A stretch of DNA of 64,000 nt, from positions 8,320 through 72,319 of the forward strand of contig CAYWGC010000011.1 of assembly GCA_964457755.1 (NCBI GenBank), read 5' to 3'. The notes below the pieces were generated by a model. The model saw only the letters and a program-made list of their open reading frames with translations, did no database searches and was not told the DNA's origin. The translations under genes and the position numbers were made by a program. Of this stretch, positions 39,771 through 49,211 are shown in pieces (the stretch's first letter is position 1; every line of letters begins with the position of its first letter). This DNA comes from an uncultured Thermodesulfobacteriota bacterium (GTDB lineage Bacteria; Desulfobacterota; Anaeroferrophillalia; Anaeroferrophillales; Tharpellaceae).

Positions 39771-40766
39771 CTACTTGTTAGCAGCTATCGCAGCATCAAT
39801 ATAATCTTTACCAATCTGACCTTCAAATTTCTTCCAGACCGGTTTCATCTTCTCAACCCACATCTGGCGCTCAGCGTCAGTAAGCTCGATAACTTCGGAA
39901 CGTTTGGAATCAATAATTTTTTGACGATCTTCAATAGATTTCTTAGCTGCAACCGTATTACCGAAAGCGATCGCTTCATCCAAAGAACTTTTGATCCCTT
40001 TCCGCAGCTCATCCGACAGACCCATCCAAAACTCAACCGGAGTAATAACCATATAATCAAGCAGACCATGGTTTGATTCCGTAATATAGGGCTGAACTTC
40101 AAAAAATTTCTTGGAGTAGATATTGGACCAAGTGTTCTCCTGCCCATCAATGGCTTTGGTCTGTAAAAGGGTAAAAACTTCGGAAAAAGGCTTTTTCAAC
40201 GGCATCGCATCGACTGCTTTAAACTGGGCCGCCAGAACATCAGAACTCATGATCCGGAATTTTTTCTTACTCGCATCAGCCGGAACCCTAAGTGGTGAAC
40301 TGGCTGACAACTGCTTAAGACCATTATGCAGATAACCAAGACCAATGAGTCCTTTACTTTTCAAAGACATCAACATCTTCTGTCCGTAAGGGCCATCCTG
40401 GAAGGTACTAACCGCAGCCATATCTTTAAAGAGAAAAGGCAGGTCGTAGAGTTGCAGGACCTTGGTATATTTTTTAAATTTTGAGAGCGCCGGACACGCC
40501 AATTGAACATCTCCCAAGAGCATTGCTTCAAGAACTTTGTTGTCACCAAAAAGTTGAGAATTAGGGAAAACCTCAACTTCAACTTTGCCAGGCAGACGTT
40601 TTTCAACAAGCTCTTTAAACTTGTTTGCCATCTGACCCTTCGGAGTGTTTTCGGCAACCACGTGCGAAAATTTAATGACAACAGGATCCGCGACCGAGAC
40701 TGTCGCGAATGCCATCAAAGCCACGGCCACCACCAGACTGAACACTAAAAGTCTACTTTTTTTCAT
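39771..40766 (-). CDS. dctP: TRAP C4-dicarboxylate-binding protein
   Basis: Signal peptide, KFSHVVAENTPKGQ, FPNSQLFGD, LYDLPFLF, KKFRIMSS, DGQENTWSN. Confidence 0.95.
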   Translation of the reverse strand: MKKSRLLVFSLVVAVALMAFATVSVADPVVIKFSHVVAENTPKGQMANKFKELVEKRLPGKVEVEVFPNSQLFGDNKVLEAMLLGDVQLACPALSKFKKYTKVLQLYDLPFLFKDMAAVSTFQDGPYGQKMLMSLKSKGLIGLGYLHNGLKQLSASSPLRVPADASKKKFRIMSSDVLAAQFKAVDAMPLKKPFSEVFTLLQTKAIDGQENTWSNIYSKKFFEVQPYITESNHGLLDYMVITPVEFWMGLSDELRKGIKSSLDEAIAFGNTVAAKKSIEDRQKIIDSKRSEVIELTDAERQMWVEKMKPVWKKFEGQIGKDYIDAAIAANK

Positions 40767-40938
40767 CTTTCTGCTCCCATCAACTTAAAGAAGGTTTACT
40801 TCACAATGCCGCCACCATAAACGAGCATCAATAAAACCTAGTTTCATTAAGTCAGTCTAATAACAAATATCAACCCTGCTAAACAAGTCGACAATTTCTG
40901 AAAGTCTTGTAAGAATTTTTTTTACAAAAAGGGTGAGT

Positions 40939-41577
40939 TCAGGGTTCGATAAGGTGATTTTGCATGGCAAAACGAGATAGTTCGGCGTTATTGCGCAGAT
41001 TCAGTTTTTTCAACAGACGAGAACGGTAGGTGTCGACGGTTTTAACGCTGATATGGTAGGCATCGGCAATTTCATGATTGGTCTGTCCCAGAGCCAGCTG
41101 CCGAAGAACCTGCAACTCCCGGGTTGACAGTGAATCGAGGGGAGATCTTCCACTGACTCCTTTAGCCAGCCTTAAAGCCAGCATCTCCACCGCTTCTTCT
41201 GTCAAATAACGAGCCCCACCATAGACTTTACGAATCGCCGAAACCAGCTGTTCCGGGGCTGAACGCTTCGTCACATAACCCATAACCCCGACCTCGACGG
41301 CCCGAATTACATACTGCTCCTCTTCATGCATGGTCAGGATAATAATCGGCAATGCCGGATAAGTTGCCAACAATTGCGCCGCCACCTCAAGCCCATCGAG
41401 ACCCGGCATCGAGATATCGATAACTGCCACATCTGGCGGCGACTTTAAAGCCAGACGCACAGCTTCGCGCCCATCACAGGCCTCGGCCACGACCTCGATA
41501 TCACCGCTTTCTTCAACAATCCGGGCCAAACCGGCCCGGACAATCGCATGATCATCAGCCAGGAGTACTTTTATCAT
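40939..41577 (-). CDS. NarL/UvrY-family response regulator
   Basis: LADDH..AVIDISMPG..YVTK receiver; LSTRELQVL..ISVKTVDTYRSR LuxR-type HTH. Confidence 0.95.
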   Translation of the reverse strand: MIKVLLADDHAIVRAGLARIVEESGDIEVVAEACDGREAVRLALKSPPDVAVIDISMPGLDGLEVAAQLLATYPALPIIILTMHEEEQYVIRAVEVGVMGYVTKRSAPEQLVSAIRKVYGGARYLTEEAVEMLALRLAKGVSGRSPLDSLSTRELQVLRQLALGQTNHEIADAYHISVKTVDTYRSRLLKKLNLRNNAELSRFAMQNHLIEP

Positions 41578-43685
41578 GAGTTATCATCCCAATTTAAAGG
41601 AGTAGTAAAGACAACCTTGGATCCCTGACCAGACTCTGAAAAAACCTCAAGGGAACCACCGACCAGAGCAGCCCTTTCGCGCATCCCCGCGACTCCAAGC
41701 CCGGCTGTTTCCGGCAATTGTTCCAGGGTAAAACCGCAGCCATCGTCCTCGATAACAACGCTGAGTAAAGATTTTTCGACTGCCAGAGAGATGGTCACCT
41801 GATCAGCCTTTGCATGGCGGGCAATATTGGTCAAGGCTTCCTGCGCTATACGATATGCCGCAGTCGCCAGAACCTCACTTAAATGAGGTATCGCGCCATC
41901 TGATTTGAAGGCACAAGTAATCCCGAGCCGCCGTTCAAAATCGGCCGCATACCACTCTAAGGCTTCAACCAGACCCAGATCATCAAGAATACCGGGCCGC
42001 AAGCGCAGAGCAATACTCCTGACCTCGTCAATCGTATCGTCAATCAAAAAACCCATCATCGAGGCCCGATCAGCGGCTTTTGCATCATGCGGACGTAATC
42101 TTTCCGCCAACCAGACCGTCTCTATCCGCAAAGCGGTGAGAACCTGACCGAGCTCATCATGCAGCCCTCGGGCGATGGCAGCCCGCTCCTTCTCTTGGCC
42201 CGCCATAATGCTGCCTGAAAGACGCTGTAATTCAGCCGTTCTTTTTTGCACCTGACACTCCAGATCTCGGGTATAAAGACTAAGTTTTTCCTGGGCCTGT
42301 TTAAGAGCCTCCTCAGCTTTTTTATGGTCACTTATATCGATCGAAACCGCTAACGAACGAACAATCACCCCATCTTGATCGCGATCACCAATCGCCGAAA
42401 GCAGAACATCCATCAAAGTCCCATCTTTACAAAGATATTGATAAGCGATATCTTTACAGAATCCAATACGAAAAAACTCCGGTAAAACCTCTTCCTGAGC
42501 ATAACGTCCTGAGTCAGGTGTCAGAAAATCGAGCAACGGCTTACCAACCACCTCATCCCGCCCATACCCCAAGACCTCAAGCCAGTGATCACTGACGCTA
42601 ACCAGACATCCAGAGAGGTTGATTGAGTGGAGCATGGCCGGCGTATTATGATAGATCGAACGGTAGCGCTCTTCACTCTCCCGCAAAGCCTGTTCGATAT
42701 TCTTGCGCTGAAAAATCTCAACACTGGCTTTACGATAGAGGAAAAAGACGGCAAAAGCAACAAGGATGCAAAGGGTTATCACCGTCGGTACGGTAACTCG
42801 AACCAGAGGGTCAATAACGACCTTGTAAATCGCCTTAAGACTGCGCAGATGAACGACATGCCAACCCGGAAAACCATCGATCTCTAAACGGTTAACAAAA
42901 TATCTATTACCATCTTTATCGATCGCATAGTGTTCACCATCCTGCTGCAAACCAGTCCAGGTCCAGGGCCCGCGACCAAACTGACGGGATTCGACGAGCC
43001 CACGCTGTTCCCGCTCAGAACATTGCCAGAGCAGTTGAAAGAGCCAGGCTTTACGATTAGCAATAAAAATCAAACCGTGAGGATCGGTGACCACGACGAT
43101 CTCATCCCGACTCTGACCCAGTTTTTTCTCAATCTGCTCAAGTGATGCCTTGATAACCGCAACGCCCGACGGCAACTCCCCCGAGTTCGTAAACACCGGA
43201 TAACTGCAATAGACCCCCCGTTTACCAGAAGTCGTGCCCAGCGCTAGGTAGGATGCCGCAACCCCATCTACAGCCCCCTGAAAATAGGGACGGAAAGCAA
43301 AATTTTTACCTACAAAACTATCACTTTCATGACGATTACTGGAAGCAATCGTAACCCCGTCATAATTCATCAGATAGCAGACATCAGCCCTTAAAGTACT
43401 CTTGAAATGATCCAGCAAAGTATTGGTTTGAAACTCTGCCTCAGCTCCACCATCATGCAAAAATTCAACTAACTGCGGCATACCGGCCAGGGTCCGAACC
43501 GGTTTGATATTTTCCGAAAGAAAAGTGGAAAGATTTTTCTGGGTAATTTCAACCCGGGTAACGGCTTGGTGCTCAGCTTCTTTAAAAGCCGCTTTTTTCA
43601 AAGAGGTGTAATAAAGATAGCCTCCGGTTGCCGCCGACAGGAAAGCGAGCAGAGATAAAACAAGAAAGATTAGACGCAGTTTCAT
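41574..43685 (-). CDS. Sensor histidine kinase: DctB-like dCache, PAS, HisKA_3 (NarX-type) kinase
   Basis: Two TM helices. Periplasmic SFVGKNFAFRPYF (DctB-like). PAS domain. ERAAIARGLHDELGQ H-box, EALTNIARH, DDGCGF, GLGVAGMRER. Confidence 0.92.
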   Translation of the reverse strand: MKLRLIFLVLSLLAFLSAATGGYLYYTSLKKAAFKEAEHQAVTRVEITQKNLSTFLSENIKPVRTLAGMPQLVEFLHDGGAEAEFQTNTLLDHFKSTLRADVCYLMNYDGVTIASSNRHESDSFVGKNFAFRPYFQGAVDGVAASYLALGTTSGKRGVYCSYPVFTNSGELPSGVAVIKASLEQIEKKLGQSRDEIVVVTDPHGLIFIANRKAWLFQLLWQCSEREQRGLVESRQFGRGPWTWTGLQQDGEHYAIDKDGNRYFVNRLEIDGFPGWHVVHLRSLKAIYKVVIDPLVRVTVPTVITLCILVAFAVFFLYRKASVEIFQRKNIEQALRESEERYRSIYHNTPAMLHSINLSGCLVSVSDHWLEVLGYGRDEVVGKPLLDFLTPDSGRYAQEEVLPEFFRIGFCKDIAYQYLCKDGTLMDVLLSAIGDRDQDGVIVRSLAVSIDISDHKKAEEALKQAQEKLSLYTRDLECQVQKRTAELQRLSGSIMAGQEKERAAIARGLHDELGQVLTALRIETVWLAERLRPHDAKAADRASMMGFLIDDTIDEVRSIALRLRPGILDDLGLVEALEWYAADFERRLGITCAFKSDGAIPHLSEVLATAAYRIAQEALTNIARHAKADQVTISLAVEKSLLSVVIEDDGCGFTLEQLPETAGLGVAGMRERAALVGGSLEVFSESGQGSKVVFTTPLNWDDNS

Positions 43686-43804
43686 TTAAGAGAAGATCTC
43701 AGATGACAATTGATTTTTTCTATAAACTAGACTAGAAAGCTGTGCCGACAAGAAGTAACATGGGCAAACATGCCTGTCAACTACAACACTGTGAAACATA
43801 TCTT

Positions 43805-44329
43805 ATGAAAAAAGTTCCTCTCTTAGGTTTTATCGGGCACAGCAACAGCGGAAAAACAACCATACTGACAGCTCTGATTGCTGCCCTGAACGCTCAGGGC
43901 CTGAAGGTCGGCGCTGTCAAACACCATCACCGTTCATTTAACATTGATCACGAGGGCAAGGACAGTCACCGCTTCACCTTGGCCGGAGCCCAAAAAACCA
44001 TTATCACCGGACCTCAACAAACTGCTCTGGTTGAGAAAACCCGTGAGCAATCATCCCTTGATGAGTTGGCCGTAAACTACCTTCAGGATCTTGACCTGAT
44101 CCTGGTTGAAGGCTTTAAAAAAAGCTCGATCCCCAAAATCGAAGTCCAGCGCCAGGCCCTCGACCTGCCCCTGCTGAGCCGGGGAGAGCATCACGATTCT
44201 AATCTGATTGCGGTAATCAGCGACGACCCGCAATCCCTCGATGTCCCACTCTTTGAACCTCAGGATATTGCCGCTATAAACATTTTTATCTGCAAATATT
44301 TTACCCTGAGCCCAACCCCGCAACCATGA
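43805..44329 (+). CDS. mobB: Molybdopterin-guanine dinucleotide biosynthesis protein B
   Basis: GHSNSGKTT, VKHHH, GKDSHRF, LVEGFK. Probable start ATG 43805. Confidence 0.95.
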   Translation: MKKVPLLGFIGHSNSGKTTILTALIAALNAQGLKVGAVKHHHRSFNIDHEGKDSHRFTLAGAQKTIITGPQQTALVEKTREQSSLDELAVNYLQDLDLILVEGFKKSSIPKIEVQRQALDLPLLSRGEHHDSNLIAVISDDPQSLDVPLFEPQDIAAINIFICKYFTLSPTPQP

Positions 44330-44937
44330 CCCGAGAACTGTCAGCCAAATTTCCTTTAAGTGGTGCGATACTGGCGGGAGGCCGGGCCCAGCGCTTTGGT
44401 GGAGAAGATAAAACCCAGCTCAAACTGGGCCGGGAAAGCCTTTTCCAACGAACTCTTAACATTCTTAACTCTTTTTGCTCTGAAACCCTGATCAGCAGCA
44501 ACACCCTCGCCCAACATCCCGAAGGCCGCATCGTTCCCGACCAAAAAGATGGACAAGGACCTCTGGGAGCAATCTACAGTTGTCTTCTGGCAGCCCGCAA
44601 CCCCTATCTGATGATCGTTGCCGGTGACATGCCTTTTATTACCCTTTCAGCTCTGACTAAACTATGGCTTGAAAGAGAGGACTTCGATGTCATTATTCCA
44701 AGATCACCGGACGGCATGCAACCTTTAGCGGCCATCTACAAACAGAGCTGCATTCCTTTCATCGCGGCACAATTAAACAAGAACAACTTTAAAATCAGAG
44801 GTTTTTTTGAAAATGTCCAAGTCAAAATTATAACCTGCTCAGCTTTTCCTGACATTTACCCGGATAATACCTTTCTCAATATCAATTCACCCGACGACCT
44901 GCAAAGAGCCCGCGCCCTCTACCAGAAAACAAATTAA
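44326..44937 (+). CDS. mobA: Molybdenum cofactor guanylyltransferase
   Basis: ILAGGRAQRFGGEDK, GPLGAI, GDMPF, QPLAAIY, NINSPDD. Confidence 0.95.
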   Translation: MTRELSAKFPLSGAILAGGRAQRFGGEDKTQLKLGRESLFQRTLNILNSFCSETLISSNTLAQHPEGRIVPDQKDGQGPLGAIYSCLLAARNPYLMIVAGDMPFITLSALTKLWLEREDFDVIIPRSPDGMQPLAAIYKQSCIPFIAAQLNKNNFKIRGFFENVQVKIITCSAFPDIYPDNTFLNINSPDDLQRARALYQKTN

Positions 44938-44984
44938 AAGTTTGAATTTTCTACCGTTATCTGCTATGAGACGCGCGCCGTAAG

Positions 44985-45013
44985 GCCTTAATCGGGCGTT
45001 GCCCGATTAAGGC
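44985..45013. repeat. Perfect 13-bp hairpin
   Basis: GCCTTAATCGGGC-GTT-GCCCGATTAAGGC. Confidence 0.8.
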
Positions 45014-45071
45014 AGTTCCCAGTCGCCAGTCATCAGTATTTTTGTTACAAACGACTGACCACTGGCGACTG
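45013..45071. repeat. Heptamer-periodic palindrome
   Basis: CAGTTCC-CAGTCGC-CAGTCAT-CAGT ... ACTGACCACTGGCGACTG; arms pair at 16/18. Confidence 0.75.
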
Positions 45072-45162
45072 TGAAAATAATTTCATAACCTTCTCTAAAT
45101 TTGACTTTTAACCTCTCTTTATTAAAATCAAACAACAGCTAAACAAAAGGACAACCAAACAC

Positions 45163-46845
45163 GTGCAACAAGTCTTCAGCGACACCCAATTTACCCAACT
45201 TGACATTCCGAAAGAGGTTCTTGCAGGAATCACCGCTGCCGGTTACAAATTCTGTACCCCGGTCCAGGAGGAGGTCCTCCCGCAAACCTTAAAAGGTGAC
45301 AATATTGCCGCCCAATCGCAAACCGGTACCGGCAAAACGGCAACGTTCCTCATCACCCTTCTAACCCGCCTGCTTCGAAGCCAGACAAACGGCAACAAAA
45401 ACCGGTCCAATGAAAACACCTCGCGACCGCGCGCCCTGATCCTGGCACCTACCCGTGAGCTGGCAGTCCAGATCGGCGTCGAAGCTGAAACCCTGGCTCA
45501 AGCTTCCGGAATCAATTTTCAGACAATCTACGGCGGAGTTGACTATGAAAAACAACGCCTGGCCTTGCAATACGATCAAATTGATGTTGTGGTCGCAACC
45601 CCGGGCCGCCTGATCGACTACATGAAGCAGAAAGTTATCTTCTTAGATGACATCGAAGTATTGGTTATTGACGAGGCCGACCGGATGTTTGACATGGGTT
45701 TCATCCCTGATGTCCGCTGGTTGCTGAAACGCTGTCCGACGACCGAAAAGCGCCAGTCCCTGCTTTTTTCCGCGACCCTCTCCGAAAAGGTCATGGAACT
45801 TGCCTATGAACATCTCAATATCAGCGAAGCCACCAATATCAATCCGGGACAGGTTACAGTTGATAAGATCGAACAGAGCCTCTACCACGTTGGTAAACAT
45901 GAAAAGATGGCTCTACTCTTTGGCCTTATGCAAGTGCAAAAACCTGAGCGCAGCCTGATTTTCACCAACACCAAAAGAATGGCTGAGATCCTTGAAGATT
46001 ACCTTAAAGCTAACGGCTATGCTGCAGCCTGTTTGACCGGTGACGTTCCGCAAAAAAAACGCCAGGCCACCCTGGAACGTTTTAAAAATAAGAAGCTCAA
46101 CATCCTGATTGCCACCGATGTCGCCTCCAGAGGGCTGCATATCGAAGCCGTCTCCCATGTTTTCAACTATGACATGCCCCAAGATGCCGAAGACTATGTC
46201 CATCGTATCGGACGCACAGCGCGCATCGGAGCCACTGGTATTGCTATCGCATTAGCCGGCGAAGAGGATGCCTTCTATATTGAAGCGATCGAAAAACTAG
46301 CCGGTAAAATCCCGGTCATCTGGGCCGAAGATGAAGATTTTGTCCGTGATTTTAAACGCCCAAGCCGACGCTCTCCCAGTTCTTCAAACCCCCGTTCGCG
46401 CACACCTGAACGGGGCAAGCCAGGAGATTCAAGAAGGCGTAGCAGCAGCTCAAGTTCACCGCAAAGAAAACCAGCCCGCTCGAATGACCCCAAAAAAGAG
46501 AGCAAGAGTGAAACAACGAGCCGAGGCCCTGGTTCAGATACACGTCCAGACAAAAGCCGTCCCCAGACGACTCGACGAAGCGGTAGTGCGACCAGCAAGA
46601 AAGAATCTTCAAAGTCACCAGAAAACCGATCCAGCCGGCGGCCGCCGCGTCCGACATCGGCCCCTGAGAAAAGCAGCCGCCCTGCGGACAGCAAGCACAC
46701 AGAGCCGAAAAAAGCGACCTCAGGTGAGCAAAAAGTTAATCCACCTAAACCACCAGTAAAAAGCCAAACACCCCAAAAACAACCAGAAAATAAGAAAGGG
46801 CTTTTAGGTAAAATTGTCGGTCTCTTTCAGGGAAATAAAAAATAG
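45163..46845 (+). CDS. DEAD-box RNA helicase (RhlB-like) with long basic Ser/Arg/Pro-rich C-terminal tail
   Basis: Q motif TPVQ, QTGTGKT, PTRELA, DEAD, SAT, HRIGRTAR. Confidence 0.95.
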   Translation: MQQVFSDTQFTQLDIPKEVLAGITAAGYKFCTPVQEEVLPQTLKGDNIAAQSQTGTGKTATFLITLLTRLLRSQTNGNKNRSNENTSRPRALILAPTRELAVQIGVEAETLAQASGINFQTIYGGVDYEKQRLALQYDQIDVVVATPGRLIDYMKQKVIFLDDIEVLVIDEADRMFDMGFIPDVRWLLKRCPTTEKRQSLLFSATLSEKVMELAYEHLNISEATNINPGQVTVDKIEQSLYHVGKHEKMALLFGLMQVQKPERSLIFTNTKRMAEILEDYLKANGYAAACLTGDVPQKKRQATLERFKNKKLNILIATDVASRGLHIEAVSHVFNYDMPQDAEDYVHRIGRTARIGATGIAIALAGEEDAFYIEAIEKLAGKIPVIWAEDEDFVRDFKRPSRRSPSSSNPRSRTPERGKPGDSRRRSSSSSSPQRKPARSNDPKKESKSETTSRGPGSDTRPDKSRPQTTRRSGSATSKKESSKSPENRSSRRPPRPTSAPEKSSRPADSKHTEPKKATSGEQKVNPPKPPVKSQTPQKQPENKKGLLGKIVGLFQGNKK

Positions 46846-46848
46846 ATT

Positions 46849-47157
46849 ATGAGCTCGGCCAAAAAACCCATCTATCGAGTCCATTTCAAGACCGAAGATC
46901 GAAGTTACTCACTCTTAGCCCACTCGGTCAAAGAGTCTCATTTTTTTGGTTTTATTGAAGTTTCTGAAATCATCTTTGAAGATGTTAATCGCTTGATTAT
47001 ATCTCCAGAAGATGAGGCCCTGCGCAAGGAGTTTGCCAAAACTGAGAGCATCTCGATCCCCCACCAGTACCTGCGGCGCATCGACCGGCTCTCTGACAGT
47101 GAAGATATCGGGGTCTCATATCTCAAAATCGCTGAAAGTAAAAAGAAAACTGCATAA
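46849..47157 (+). CDS. DUF1820-like small protein
   Basis: IYRVHF..FFGFIEVSEIIF..ISPEDEALRKEF..SIPHQYLRRID pattern; directly follows the helicase. Confidence 0.7.
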   Translation: MSSAKKPIYRVHFKTEDRSYSLLAHSVKESHFFGFIEVSEIIFEDVNRLIISPEDEALRKEFAKTESISIPHQYLRRIDRLSDSEDIGVSYLKIAESKKKTA

Positions 47158-47256
47158 CCTGACCGAACTGATTTTAAATTAACTCAATTTTCTGACTTGA
47201 GTTAACGCCTTCATATTTAAAACAAAAGAAACTGGAAGAATGTTTGAATTGCGGTT

Positions 47257-47328
47257 TTTCTCTGCGTCTTTGCGTCTCTGCGGGAAAATGCTTTTTATCT
47301 CCCGCAGAGACGCAAAGACGCAGAGAAA
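47257..47328. repeat. Periodic-arm palindrome (perfect 29-bp arms, 14-nt loop)
   Basis: TTTCTCTGCGTCTTTGCGTCTCTGCGGGA ... TCCCGCAGAGACGCAAAGACGCAGAGAAA; period 8. Confidence 0.92.
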
Positions 47329-47498
47329 GGCAAAATAAAATCAAACCCCTAAGTGATACAATTAAAACTGTAAATCAAACTGTTACAACAAATCAGAAAA
47401 TTGTGAAATTAATAAAGAGTGCCTCAAATTCAATCTAAATTTTGACAATTTTTCACAAAAGTTAATTGGTAATAACCTACATAATTAGGGAGAAAAAC

Positions 47499-47786
47499 AT
47501 GCATGAACATCACGATCACGGCCCTTGCGAAAGTAATGACCAATGCCAAGGCTGCGGCAACCATCAAGAAAAGATGAGTTTTGAAGAGAAGTTAGGAATG
47601 CTTTTAAACCATTGGATCGACCATAACGATAGCCATCAAGTCGATTATAAAAAATGGGCTGCCCAAGCCAAAAAAGAGGGCCATGAAGAAGTTGTCGCCA
47701 AGATCCTTGAAGCGATGCAGCTTTTCCAGGAAGGCAACCAGCGCCTGCGTCAGGCCCAGCAGATCATGGTTATGGATCAGGAGTAG
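47499..47786 (+). CDS. Small His/Cys-rich putative metal-binding protein
   Basis: AGGGAG RBS before ATG 47499. MHEHHDHGPCESNDQCQGCGNH followed by helical KLGMLLNHWIDHNDSH. Confidence 0.7.
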   Translation: MHEHHDHGPCESNDQCQGCGNHQEKMSFEEKLGMLLNHWIDHNDSHQVDYKKWAAQAKKEGHEEVVAKILEAMQLFQEGNQRLRQAQQIMVMDQE

Positions 47787-47795
47787 AGTTTAAAG

Positions 47796-49076
47796 ATGAG
47801 TTGCCAGGTTTACCAAGAGCTTGAAGAGCGAGGTCTGATCTATCAGAGTACTGACGCTGCAAGCTTACAAGAACTACTGCAAAAGTCTTCACAGGCTTTT
47901 TATATCGGCTTCGACCCGACGGCGGACAGTCTTCATGTCGGTTCTCTGATTCCGATTATCGTCATGATGCACCTGCAGAGAGCCGGCCATCGCCCGATCG
48001 CAATCTTAGGCGGCGGTACCGCTATGGTGGGTGATCCCAGCGGCAAAACTGAACTGCGGCAGATGCTGACGCCCGAGAAAATCGTCGAGAACGGTCAGGG
48101 AATCGCAGCCCAGCTGGCTCGCTTTCTCGATTTTAACGATAATCGCTGCCAGCTGATTAATAATGCTGACTGGCTCTCATCGCTTAAATATGTTGATTTT
48201 TTGCGGGATATCGGACGCCATTTCAGTGTCAACCGAATGTTGACAGCGGAATCCTATAAACAACGCCTTGAGACCGGGCTCTCGTTCATCGAATTCAACT
48301 ACATGATTCTGCAAGCCTACGATTTTCATGTTTTATGTAAAGAGCAGGAGTGCCGCATCCAAATGGGTGGCCAGGATCAGTGGGGCAATATCGTCGCCGG
48401 GATCGACCTTATTCGCCGCACACAAGGGGTAGAGGCGTACGGTGTCACTTTCCCGCTGCTGACCACCAGCAACGGCGAAAAATTTGGTAAAACTGCGGCC
48501 GGAGCGGTTTGGCTTTCAACTGAGAGAACTTCAGTTCTCGATTTTTATCAGTTCTGGCGTAATTGCGAAGACTCTGAACTTGAGCGCCTCCTGAATTTCT
48601 TCACATTTTTGCCGGTCACCGAAATAAGGTTTTTAAGCGCCCTTAGAGATCAGTGGATCAACCGCGCCAAAGAGATTCTCGCATACGAAGTTACAGCCCT
48701 GGTCCACGGCCACAAAGCCGCAGTCACAGCCTACCAGACTGCAGTCAGTCGTTTTAGTTGCGCTGACCCTGAGCTTAAGATTGCGACGTCATCTGACATC
48801 CGTAATATCACTCTCACAAAAAAGGAAGAGGAGCTGCCCACTCTCGAACTCAACCACGATCAATTAAGCGCTGGCATGACTCTGGTTGATCTCTTTATCA
48901 TGGCCGGTCTGAGTAAATCAAAAGGCCAAACCCGGCGTCTGATTGAACAGGGCGGGGCTTATTTAAATGAGCAAAGGATCAAGGAAGACCGCCCCTTAAT
49001 AGAAGCTGATTTCAGTCAGAAGAAAATTATTATCCGGGCCGGTAAAAAGAGATTTCACCAGATTTTATTAAAATAG
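47796..49076 (+). CDS. tyrS: Tyrosyl-tRNA synthetase
   Basis: GFDPTADSLHVGS, QAYDF, GGQDQWGN, KFGKT, C-terminal S4 domain. Confidence 0.99.
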   Translation: MSCQVYQELEERGLIYQSTDAASLQELLQKSSQAFYIGFDPTADSLHVGSLIPIIVMMHLQRAGHRPIAILGGGTAMVGDPSGKTELRQMLTPEKIVENGQGIAAQLARFLDFNDNRCQLINNADWLSSLKYVDFLRDIGRHFSVNRMLTAESYKQRLETGLSFIEFNYMILQAYDFHVLCKEQECRIQMGGQDQWGNIVAGIDLIRRTQGVEAYGVTFPLLTTSNGEKFGKTAAGAVWLSTERTSVLDFYQFWRNCEDSELERLLNFFTFLPVTEIRFLSALRDQWINRAKEILAYEVTALVHGHKAAVTAYQTAVSRFSCADPELKIATSSDIRNITLTKKEEELPTLELNHDQLSAGMTLVDLFIMAGLSKSKGQTRRLIEQGGAYLNEQRIKEDRPLIEADFSQKKIIIRAGKKRFHQILLK

Positions 49077-49120
49077 AACTTTGCCTATCATTAATAGCCC
49101 TAACGCGGTAAAGCAAAACC

Positions 49121-49159
49121 AAAAAAAGCATCATCCCGGTAACCGGAGTGATGCTTTTT
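49121..49159. terminator. Bidirectional terminator between tyrS and rpsT
   Basis: AAAAAAAGCATCA-TCCCGGTAACCGGAG-TGATGCTTTTT, with A/T tracts on both sides. Confidence 0.85.
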
Positions 49160-49211
49160 AGTTTATTAAACTCGGGCAGATCCTGCCAGGACAAATCTAA
49201 CTATTCGAGAG

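Noticed and set aside
46275-46759. Several 100-140-aa ORFs overlapping the helicase tail
   Set aside because: Alternative-frame or antisense readings of a low-complexity region, with no independent coding signal.
19608-47328. Periodic repeats as CRISPR remnants
   Set aside because: They are isolated inverted pairs with no repeat-spacer arrays and no cas genes.
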